DNA of 33,943 nt from Bacteriovoracaceae bacterium (GTDB taxonomy: Bacteria > Bdellovibrionota > Bacteriovoracia > Bacteriovoracales > Bacteriovoracaceae). Numbering within the stretch: position 1 is the stretch's first letter; each line of letters opens with the position of its first letter. The DNA lies in NCBI GenBank assembly GCA_041586955.1, contig JBFGZE010000024.1:1-33943 (forward strand). Reading direction: 5' to 3'. The notes under the pieces were generated by a model. The model was not told the DNA's origin. It saw nothing but the letters and a program-made list of their open reading frames with translations, and searched no databases. The translations under genes were made by a program, and so were the position numbers. Below, one piece after another: positions 26,321-33,943 of the stretch.

Positions 26321-28144
26321 TTATTCTACTGTGACGGATTTGGCCAAATTTCTTGGTTTATCAATGTCAGTCCCTTTAAATTTGGCCATATAGTAGGCCA
26401 GCAATTGATTCGCCACATTAACATAGAGTGGTGCAAGCTCTTCTAGCCCTTCAAAATCCATTGGAATATAAAAATCTGAAATCTTCTCTAGGCCCTTATC
26501 GCCTTTAGGGCCAATTGTGACAATTTTCCCCTTTCTCGCTTTTATTTCCTGAATATTGGAAACCGTTTTGTCATAGAGCTCTGGCCCAACAATGGCAATA
26601 TTCACCATATTCTCGTCAATAAGTGCAATCGGCCCATGCTTTAACTCTCCAGCGGCATAACCTTCAGCGTGGACATAGGCAATTTCTTTTAATTTTAAGG
26701 CGCCCTCAAGAGAGATGGGATAGTATTGTCCACGGCCAGTGTAAAAATAGCCTTTATAATTATAGATGTTTTCCGCGATATCTTTTATGTAATCACAGTT
26801 TTCTAACAGCTGATCAATACGTTCTGCCAAAAGATTATATTTTTTAATTAAACCGCTCTTTAAATTCTCGTCGGCCAGTTCTCCCTTAAGTCCAGCAACC
26901 ATTAGGCGTCCCGTTAAGGCCTGTTGTGTAAAGGCCTTTGTCGAGGCCACACCAATTTCAACGCCTGCTCGAATCAAAAGGTTTTTATCGCATTCTCGAA
27001 AAAGTGTTGACCCTTCAACATTCACGATAGCAAGAGTTGAAACGTTATTTTCTTGGCATAATTCTTGAGCGGCCAATGTATCAGCAGTTTCTCCAGATTG
27101 AGAAATAAATAACCCGAGATCCTCTTTGCCAATAATCGGGTTTCTATAACGAAATTCAGAGGCCAACTCTACATTGGCGGGGATGCGTGCGAGGCCCTCA
27201 ATATAATCCCTAATCACAGATCCCGCATAAGCAGCTGTACCACAAGCGGAAATATGTACTTTTTTGGGGCCAAGCGCCTTCATTTCTTCAATGGCCTTAA
27301 GACCCTCGCCATTAAGATAAAATTGAGAGAGGGAGCGAATAAGCGCTGGCTGCTCATAGATTTCCTTAAGCATAAAATGTTCAAAATTGCCTTTGTCGGT
27401 GGAATCAAGACTCATTTCTTGATCTTTAATATCGAAGCGACTCGAAGGCGTACCATCCAACTCAAAAAATTGAACCATCTCTTTGCTTGTGTGAGAAACT
27501 CGACAAACAACTTCATCTTCAGGAAAGTATAGTTTATCGACCAGGCCGACAAGCGCATAGGCATCAGAGGAAACCATCGCTCGTTGACTTGATTTGAGAG
27601 TGCCACAAACCAGAGGTGCTGATCTTTTTAAAGCAATTAATTCTTGTTCATCAGCACTGAGAATAACAAAGGCCGAATTACCTTCGATTTTTTTGAAAGA
27701 TGTAGTGACAGCGTCGAAGAAACTTAAACCAGAATCCATAGCAGTGCAGACAATAGCAAGAAATACCTCTGAATCTGTCTCTGATAAAAATTGGAAGCCC
27801 TTTTCTTTTAGGTCGGCCCTAAGAACATCTGCATTTTCTATAATTCCATTATGGACTAAGGAGATTCGCCCGGCCATATGAGGGTGGGAGTTCTCATCTG
27901 TCACACCACCATGGGTCGCCCAGCGAGTATGGCCAATACACGACTCCGCTGTAAATTGAGTATCACCCAAAGCATCAATCAGGTTTTGTAATTTTCCCTC
28001 TTTCTTTATCAAATGTAATTGGTTTTTTTCATCAAGAAAGCTGACACCAGCTGAATCATAACCCCGGTACTCAAGTCGCCTTAATCCTTCAATTACGACA
28101 TCAACTGAATTTTTAGGTCCAATATGACCAACAATTCCACACAT
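26321..28144 (-). CDS. glmS: Glutamine--fructose-6-phosphate transaminase (isomerizing)
   Basis: MCGIVG, LEYRGYDSAG, GHTRWATHG, SQSGETADT, VASTKAF, ELKHGP, PRNLAKSVTVE. Confidence 0.99.
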   Translation of the reverse strand: MCGIVGHIGPKNSVDVVIEGLRRLEYRGYDSAGVSFLDEKNQLHLIKKEGKLQNLIDALGDTQFTAESCIGHTRWATHGGVTDENSHPHMAGRISLVHNGIIENADVLRADLKEKGFQFLSETDSEVFLAIVCTAMDSGLSFFDAVTTSFKKIEGNSAFVILSADEQELIALKRSAPLVCGTLKSSQRAMVSSDAYALVGLVDKLYFPEDEVVCRVSHTSKEMVQFFELDGTPSSRFDIKDQEMSLDSTDKGNFEHFMLKEIYEQPALIRSLSQFYLNGEGLKAIEEMKALGPKKVHISACGTAAYAGSVIRDYIEGLARIPANVELASEFRYRNPIIGKEDLGLFISQSGETADTLAAQELCQENNVSTLAIVNVEGSTLFRECDKNLLIRAGVEIGVASTKAFTQQALTGRLMVAGLKGELADENLKSGLIKKYNLLAERIDQLLENCDYIKDIAENIYNYKGYFYTGRGQYYPISLEGALKLKEIAYVHAEGYAAGELKHGPIALIDENMVNIAIVGPELYDKTVSNIQEIKARKGKIVTIGPKGDKGLEKISDFYIPMDFEGLEELAPLYVNVANQLLAYYMAKFKGTDIDKPRNLAKSVTVE

Positions 28145-28238
28145 TTTAAGGCCCCTCGAAAATCGATAAATTTATACCCTATTACCACTTAGCAATAGGT
28201 TAAACAATCCCTTTCGGGACTCGCTGCAGCATACGTTC
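28145..28238 (-). promoter_or_regulatory. Structured glmU-glmS intergenic region (three hairpins)
   Basis: Minus strand: GTCCC-GAAA-GGGAT; CCTATTGCT-AAGT-GGTAATAGG; TCGA-TTT-TCGA abutting the GAGGGG SD. Confidence 0.4.
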
Positions 28239-29651
28239 TTATTTCTTGTCTTCTTTAGACTTAATAAAGCGCTTCGCCATCCCTAATTTTGTCACCTGCT
28301 TGGCCCTCGCCACGGCAAAGGAGCCGGAGGGCATATTTTGGTTAATCGTCGAACCGCTTCCGACATAGCAATTATCGCCCAATTCGATAGGGGCAACCAT
28401 TTGGGAATCGGAGCCAATAAAACAATCCTTTCCAATTTTTGTTAAATGCTTATTAGCGCCATCATAATTGCAAGTAATGAAGCCGCAACCTATATTTGTA
28501 TTACTACCAATTTCAGCGTCACCAACATAACTAAGATGAGAAACCTTAACGCCGTCACTCAGCTTTACCTTTTTTGTTTCAACAAAATTACCAATCTTAG
28601 AGCGACTACCAATATCTGATTGCGGACGAATGCGAGCAAAAGGTCCGATGACAGCTTCTTGGCGAATACGACTATCCTCAAAACACGAATAGGCCTTAAT
28701 ATGAACCTCATCCTCTATTATGGAATTATCAATGATTGCTCCATTATCAATTCGCACTCGGTTACCTATAGATGTTTGCCCATAAATAGAAACATTGGGA
28801 TAAATCTTTGTTCCCTCTCCTATTTCCACGTCTTGATCAATATAATTAGAAGTTGCGTCTTTAAAGTAAACCCCTATATTTTGCAGTTCGCGTATTTTGC
28901 GCTCACGTAAAATTCTCTCTGCTTCTTCTAATTGTATTAAATTATTAACACCCATGAATAATGATTCATCTTGAAATTTTAAAGTATCGACATTATTTCC
29001 GGGCTTAAATATATCTGTTAGGTAAAACTCACCACTCGCATTCTTATTATCAAGATTATTCAACATCTCTATTAAATAAGTTGTCTTTACAATATAAAGA
29101 CCTGAATTAACTTCAGTAATTGTTTTTTCTTCCGCCGAGGCATCTTTTTCTTCGCGAATTAAAAACCCATCTTTGCCCTTAACAATCCGACCATAACCAG
29201 AAGGCCGACTTGCCTCAAATGAGGCAGCGACACCATTCAGTTTATTTTTTTCGACATGATTGAATAATAAATCCAATTCGACTTGAGTAATTAAGGGTGT
29301 ATCAGCACATAAAATAAAAGTATATTCCGTGCCTTGGAGGGACTTGCTCTGGTCAAAAGCACATTGAACAGCATGGCCAGTACCGAGCCTTTCTTTTTGG
29401 ATAGATAATTCTAAAGGCAGTTTAGACCAATTGTTATTTAAATGGGTTTCCACCACATCTGATTGGTGACCTACAACAATATTAATAATGCTATGGCCGC
29501 CCCTTTTAATCAGGAACTGATTGGTCGCTCGCATTGGGTAATCAAGCAATTTTTTCCCCATAATTGGGGCCATTGGCTTTGGTATTCCTAATTTCATTCG
29601 CGTACCTTCACCTGCGGCCAATAATATGATGCCTATTCCCCTTTGGTTCAT
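28239..29651 (-). CDS. glmU: Bifunctional UDP-GlcNAc pyrophosphorylase / glucosamine-1-phosphate N-acetyltransferase
   Basis: LAAGEGTRMK, LGTGHAV, GYGRIV, EFYLTD, GPFARIRP, GNFVETK, HLSYVGDA, CNYDGANKH, hexapeptide repeats. Confidence 0.98.
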   Translation of the reverse strand: MNQRGIGIILLAAGEGTRMKLGIPKPMAPIMGKKLLDYPMRATNQFLIKRGGHSIINIVVGHQSDVVETHLNNNWSKLPLELSIQKERLGTGHAVQCAFDQSKSLQGTEYTFILCADTPLITQVELDLLFNHVEKNKLNGVAASFEASRPSGYGRIVKGKDGFLIREEKDASAEEKTITEVNSGLYIVKTTYLIEMLNNLDNKNASGEFYLTDIFKPGNNVDTLKFQDESLFMGVNNLIQLEEAERILRERKIRELQNIGVYFKDATSNYIDQDVEIGEGTKIYPNVSIYGQTSIGNRVRIDNGAIIDNSIIEDEVHIKAYSCFEDSRIRQEAVIGPFARIRPQSDIGSRSKIGNFVETKKVKLSDGVKVSHLSYVGDAEIGSNTNIGCGFITCNYDGANKHLTKIGKDCFIGSDSQMVAPIELGDNCYVGSGSTINQNMPSGSFAVARAKQVTKLGMAKRFIKSKEDKK

Positions 29652-29845
29652 GACCTTCTCCTTTCATACCCAAAAATTTTTGGTCATTATACATCGACAT
29701 AATTTGGAACACAAAAATATTCGACCACAATGTTCGGGTTTTTGAATAAAAAAAGTTCATAGAAATACTTAAAGACTTTTAATTATATCCCGATCCGTAA
29801 AAAGATGCGCAATTTAGTGGTGTGTGTCTCTTTGGAGGAACCTGT

Positions 29846-32296
29846 ATGATGACTAACTATGAGGGTGATAATATCGAACTTAAGGAAAATCTCCCTCTCC
29901 TGCCTATCCGTGAAATCGTAGTCTATCCTTTTATGATTCTACCCCTTTTTGTAGGAAGAGAATCTTCAATTAAGGCCGTCGAACATGCCTTAAACGAAAC
30001 AGATCGACTCATTATCCTTTCCAGTCAAAAGGATATTACTGCAGAATGCCCTGAACCATCAGAAATTTATGACCTTGGCACAGTGGCGATGATTATGCGC
30101 ATGAGAAAGCTACCTGATGGCCGCATTAAAATTCTAGTGCAGGGCCTCACAAAGGCCAAAGTTTTAGACTATCACCAACAGAAACCATTCTATATTGCAA
30201 AAATTCAGAAGGTTGAAGATGAGCAACCAAATAAAGATGCTGTCGCGACTGATGCATTAATGCGAACAATCACGGAGCAATTAGAAAAGATAATCGCTCT
30301 CGGTCGAATTCTGTCACCAGATATTCTAACGGTTTTAGAAGATATTAAAGACCCTGGTCGCCTTGGAGATCTTGTTGCATCAAACCTTAATCTTCATGTC
30401 GCAGAAGCACAATTGATTCTTGAAACTCTTGATCCAGTTGAAAGACTCCATAAAATTAACGATATCTTGTCGCGCGAATTAGAAATACTTGCGATGCAGG
30501 CCAAAATAAAAAATGTGGCAAAAGATGAAATTACAAAAACTCAAAAAGAATATTTTTTGCGTGAACAAATAAAAGCGATCAAAAGCGAATTAGGCGATCA
30601 ACAAATTGAACCTCCTGATGATGAAATTGGCGAATTAAAAGCGAAAATTCTTAACGCTAATATGACTGAAGAAGTCGAAAAAGAATCACTCAAGCAATTA
30701 AAAAGACTTGAAAAAATGCATCCTGATAGTTCTGAATCTAGTATTATTCGGTCTTATTTAGAGTGCTTAGTTGATATCCCTTGGGGCCATTCAACAATTG
30801 AAAACATTGATCTTGATTATGCTAAAAAAGTTCTGGATGATGACCATTTTGAACTTCAAAAGGTAAAAGAAAGAATCCTTGAATATCTTGCCGTTAAAAG
30901 CTTAAAAGGTAGAGAAATGAAAGGACCAATCCTTTGCTTAGCAGGCCCACCTGGCGTTGGTAAAACGAGTCTAGGAAGATCTATCGCGCGAGCGATTGGA
31001 CGCAATTTTGTGCGAATCAGTCTTGGTGGGGTAAAAGATGAGGCCGAGATTCGAGGGCACAGAAGAACTTATGTTGGTTCCATGCCTGGCCGCTTTATTC
31101 AGGCAATCAAGCAAGCGGGCTCAAATAATCCAATTATCCTATTAGACGAAATTGATAAATTAGGTGGTGATTACAAGGGTGATCCTTCAAGTGCCCTTTT
31201 AGAGGTTCTCGATCCGGAACAAAATAAAGAGTTTAGAGATCATTACCTCAATCTGCCTTTTGATCTAAGTAATGTCATGTTTATTGCGACAGCTAACAAT
31301 TTAGAAAGTATTCCTGCTCCCTTAAGAGACAGAATGGAAGTTCTCAGTCTATCAGGTTACTCGCAAGAAGAAAAAGTTCAAATTTCTAAGAAATATCTCA
31401 TTCCAAAACAAATGGAAGAAAATGGTGTTTCCAAAGACTATATCGAATTTTCCGATGAAGGCGTCGAGAGCATTATTAAGCAATTTACTGCTGAAGCTGG
31501 TCTAAGAAATCTCGAGCGTAGAATTGGGGCCCTTTGTCGCAAAGTTGCCATGAAGATTGCAAAAGGTGAAGGGGAAAAAACTCATATTATTCCTAATGAA
31601 GTCACACGATTATTAGGTCCACCAATCTACACGAAAGATGATGAAAAAGATGAAGATGAAGTCGGAGTCGCCACCGGGCTTGCCTGGACATCGGCAGGTG
31701 GGGAAATACTTTATATTGAAGCAACTAAAATGAAAGGATCCGGGCTCACTCTAACAGGTAAACTGGGTGACGTCATGAAAGAGTCTGCTCAAACTGCAAT
31801 TGGATATATTCGCTCGCGTGCTGAAAACCTAGGCATTAAAGAAAATATTTTCAATGAATATGAAGTCCATGTTCACTTACCCGCAGGTTCGATTCCCAAA
31901 GATGGCCCGAGCGCCGGAATAACATTGGCCACGACAATCGTATCCTTAATGACTGATACTCCTATTGACCGCAAGGTCGCCATGACTGGAGAAATCACAT
32001 TAACAGGAAAAGTTTTACCAATCGGTGGTCTTAAAGAAAAGGCATTGGCCGCCATGAGAATGAATATTGATACCGTGATCATTCCATGGAAAAATAAAAA
32101 AGATCTCCAAGATATTCCAGAAGAGTATCGAAAAAAGATTAATTTTGTCCCCGTTAAAACAATTGATGAAGTTCTCGATATTGCCTTAGTGGATTGGCGA
32201 GTAAAAAAAGCTCAATTAATTGAGTTGCGGCAGAGCGAAGAGGAGGAGGAAAAAACTCCCCCTGTACCGAAAAAGGTGCCAGTGATCGCCGCTTAA
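29846..32296 (+). CDS. lon: ATP-dependent Lon protease (endopeptidase La)
   Basis: LPLLPIRE N-domain, GPPGVGKTS, RGHRRTYVG, LLDEIDK, PKDGPSAG (catalytic Ser), PIGGLKEK. Start placed at ATG 29846 behind GGAGG. Confidence 0.99.
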   Translation: MMTNYEGDNIELKENLPLLPIREIVVYPFMILPLFVGRESSIKAVEHALNETDRLIILSSQKDITAECPEPSEIYDLGTVAMIMRMRKLPDGRIKILVQGLTKAKVLDYHQQKPFYIAKIQKVEDEQPNKDAVATDALMRTITEQLEKIIALGRILSPDILTVLEDIKDPGRLGDLVASNLNLHVAEAQLILETLDPVERLHKINDILSRELEILAMQAKIKNVAKDEITKTQKEYFLREQIKAIKSELGDQQIEPPDDEIGELKAKILNANMTEEVEKESLKQLKRLEKMHPDSSESSIIRSYLECLVDIPWGHSTIENIDLDYAKKVLDDDHFELQKVKERILEYLAVKSLKGREMKGPILCLAGPPGVGKTSLGRSIARAIGRNFVRISLGGVKDEAEIRGHRRTYVGSMPGRFIQAIKQAGSNNPIILLDEIDKLGGDYKGDPSSALLEVLDPEQNKEFRDHYLNLPFDLSNVMFIATANNLESIPAPLRDRMEVLSLSGYSQEEKVQISKKYLIPKQMEENGVSKDYIEFSDEGVESIIKQFTAEAGLRNLERRIGALCRKVAMKIAKGEGEKTHIIPNEVTRLLGPPIYTKDDEKDEDEVGVATGLAWTSAGGEILYIEATKMKGSGLTLTGKLGDVMKESAQTAIGYIRSRAENLGIKENIFNEYEVHVHLPAGSIPKDGPSAGITLATTIVSLMTDTPIDRKVAMTGEITLTGKVLPIGGLKEKALAAMRMNIDTVIIPWKNKKDLQDIPEEYRKKINFVPVKTIDEVLDIALVDWRVKKAQLIELRQSEEEEEKTPPVPKKVPVIAA

Positions 32297-32300
32297 TACC

Positions 32301-32326
32301 GACCGACTCTACGAGTCGGTTTTTTT
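32301..32326 (+). terminator. Intrinsic terminator after lon
   Basis: ACCGACTC-TAC-GAGTCGGT followed by a T-tract, a few nt after the lon stop. Confidence 0.85.
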
Positions 32327-32380
32327 ATTCTTTTTGAAAAAGGGCCACCTGCATATACAATATTTATGAGGTAAAAAATT

Positions 32381-32785
32381 ATGGCCGCTAAAAAACTTAA
32401 ACCATCAGATTTAAAGATTGTCGTTATAGATGACTCTGATTTTTCCAGAAGTACAATTGTCGAAATACTTGAAAGCGAAAACTATAAAGTTGTAGGGCAA
32501 TGTAATAATGTCGACGATGCCATTAAGTATGTTGGAAGCGGAATGGCAAATGTCTTTATTATCGATATCGTCATGCCCCAATCAAGTGGAATTGAATTGG
32601 CAAAAATGATTAGGGATACACGCCTCGATCTTTATACCATCTTAATGACGTCATTAAATATGGAACATCTTCAAGTCGAAGCGATTAATGCTGGAGCAAT
32701 TGATTTTATTCCCAAACCATTCACTAAATTTGAAATTTTACAATCACTTGAAAAGCTTAAAAAACATATTGAGTCAGAACACTGA
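32381..32785 (+). CDS. Single-domain CheY-like response regulator
   Basis: VIDDS, IDIVMP (phospho-Asp), MTS, GAIDFIPKPF; no output domain. Confidence 0.93.
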   Translation: MAAKKLKPSDLKIVVIDDSDFSRSTIVEILESENYKVVGQCNNVDDAIKYVGSGMANVFIIDIVMPQSSGIELAKMIRDTRLDLYTILMTSLNMEHLQVEAINAGAIDFIPKPFTKFEILQSLEKLKKHIESEH

Positions 32786-32792
32786 GGTTTAA

Positions 32793-33131
32793 ATGTTCTC
32801 TTTAATAAAATTCTCTATTTACTTTGCAGTTAGTTTTATTATTTTAAGTTTCCCTGTAAATAATAAAACTATATTTGGCCATTTGAATGGGTATAGCAGG
32901 CCCTACACTGATAAAATATTCAATACGATCACAATCAATGCTGAAAACCTATTTAATAAGGGCAGTGATGCTTCAAAAAAGCTTTTTACCAATACAAAAC
33001 CGAAAAATACCAAAATTGATAAAGTCAAAATGAAAAGAAGCTCAATAAGAAAAGATATTGAACATGCTCAGGAAAAGTACACCATAGAAGAACAAGAGAT
33101 GATTAGAAAAATACTTGAAAAGTCACAATAA
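32793..33131 (+). CDS. Hypothetical protein with N-terminal membrane anchor
   Basis: Hydrophobic N-terminus, Lys-rich body, GAGG SD; directly downstream of the regulator. Confidence 0.7.
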   Translation: MFSLIKFSIYFAVSFIILSFPVNNKTIFGHLNGYSRPYTDKIFNTITINAENLFNKGSDASKKLFTNTKPKNTKIDKVKMKRSSIRKDIEHAQEKYTIEEQEMIRKILEKSQ

Positions 33132-33134
33132 AAA

Positions 33135-33160
33135 TAAGAGAAGGGAGAACCCTTCTCTTA
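33135..33160. terminator. Hairpin between convergent genes (possible bidirectional terminator)
   Basis: TAAGAGAAGGG-AGAA-CCCTTCTCTTA, perfect 11-bp stem, with an A-rich flank on the left. Confidence 0.65.
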
Positions 33161-33382
33161 CTTACTCAAGCCCTCTTCTCTCACTTCAATTTTTGGAGCG
33201 GCGTCTCGATTGATATCTTCACTATGGCCGCGGTTACTCAATTGCGTCTGGACACAATCGGCCTTAATATGCTCTCCCAATTCACTCTTTGCGTGAATGA
33301 TATTTTTCGATTCTAATAATAAGTCCATTCCAAATGTCATACTGGAACTTGTTAATAAGAGTAAAAATACAAGTGCTTTCAT
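33158..33382 (-). CDS. Small secreted hypothetical protein
   Basis: MKALVFLLLLTSSSMTFG signal peptide; GGGAG SD. Confidence 0.7.
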   Translation of the reverse strand: MKALVFLLLLTSSSMTFGMDLLLESKNIIHAKSELGEHIKADCVQTQLSNRGHSEDINRDAAPKIEVREEGLSK

Positions 33383-33414
33383 GTCATGCTCCCTATTTGT
33401 TTACTCATAGTTAA

Positions 33415-33430
33415 TGCATATTATGGGCCA
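33415..33430 (-). promoter_or_regulatory. Candidate sigma54 (-24/-12) promoter
   Basis: Minus strand TGGCCCATAATATGCA gives GG-N10-GC with exact spacing, 32 nt upstream of ATG 33382. Confidence 0.5.
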
Positions 33431-33567
33431 ATTTTGACCATGTAATATTAAGGGGTTTAGCCGGAAAAATATGTAATGATTCCAGCATGTGTCCAAAACT
33501 TAAACGATAATACAGCAATTATAGGGACTTCAGGCAATTTCACCATCACCTTTGAAGGCCTAAAAAT

Positions 33568-33942
33568 TTAATACGGAACAGATATTGTAATATCTGAAAG
33601 GGAACAAGACTGACTGGAGTCAGAACTCATAAAGGCCTTCCAATACAAGTTTCCAGCCCCTGCTTTACTCGTAAAACTGGTAATATTAGCGGTCATCATT
33701 GCGGCGCTAGAACTTTGAGAGGTTGTTTCACTGGCGGCAGTAACCCAGTCAGATCCATTATGATAATAATAAGTCGATCCATTAGGAGAGAGTTGATACG
33801 TTAATGAGCAGCTCCCGTTTTCAGTCATTTTAATGCTTTTTAGATCGCTGTAAGCAATAGGTGATTTTGGTTTGATCACAGGTGAGCCGCCATAATACCG
33901 CCCAGTCGGTTCAACTTCGATGGAGGTCAGCTCCGGCATACA
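33568..33942 (-). CDS. C-terminal part of a Ser/Thr-rich beta-sandwich (surface/secreted) protein, truncated by the window edge
   Basis: Frame stays open to the window end; YQLSPNGSTYYYHNGSDW and YWKAFMSSD..Q.CSLSDITI are beta-rich extracellular-type segments. Confidence 0.6.
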   Translation of the reverse strand, partial: CMPELTSIEVEPTGRYYGGSPVIKPKSPIAYSDLKSIKMTENGSCSLTYQLSPNGSTYYYHNGSDWVTAASETTSQSSSAAMMTANITSFTSKAGAGNLYWKAFMSSDSSQSCSLSDITISVPY

Positions 33943-33943
33943 A

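Noticed and set aside
28145..28238. Canonical glmS ribozyme
   Set aside because: Lacks the AGCGCC cleavage-site and GACGAGG core sequences, and there is no room for the downstream P3/P4 domain before the start codon.
1436..32082. Numerous 60-140 aa ORFs nested within or antisense to the long genes (e.g. 4061-4252, 12902-13321, 19842-20111, 27594-27881, 31873-32082)
   Set aside because: Overlap well-supported genes almost entirely, with no recognisable motifs or translation signals.
1..33943. CRISPR arrays, IS elements, prophage or defence genes
   Set aside because: No regularly spaced direct repeats, transposase, integrase or phage-like ORFs were seen by eye.

Overview
AT-rich bacterial chromosomal window with no mobile elements or CRISPR. 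Gene content and style suggest Bdellovibrionota/Bacteriovoracales, which is an inference only. The left edge has a tRNA-Ala(UGC) behind its own rRNA-type promoter, with spacer-like sequence downstream but no 16S upstream. Positions ~0.45-17.6 kb hold a large, mostly minus-strand respiratory locus. Its first part is a split b6-type Rieske/cytochrome b complex (heme ci Cys, APWY instead of PEWY) with a 945-aa octaheme cytochrome c, a subunit III paralogue, a small CxxC protein and DUF420. An inverted kynA-kynU pair follows, then a CtaA-CtaB fusion and an A1-type heme-copper oxidase operon (II, I, III, diheme lipoprotein cytochrome c, SCO, IV, and an unannotated 55-aa single-TM ORF). The most striking detail is that oxidase subunit I keeps all metal ligands and the full D-channel but has Phe at the K-channel lysine position, and subunit II lacks the K-channel entry Glu. 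The right half is mostly housekeeping (thiolase, cNMP-binding protein, ppx, mtnA, uvrD/pcrA, glmS, glmU, lon, CheY-like regulator), plus an orphan FliG-C protein, an HTH-TM protein and a structured glmU-glmS intergenic region. All calls come from motif reading by eye; no searches were run.
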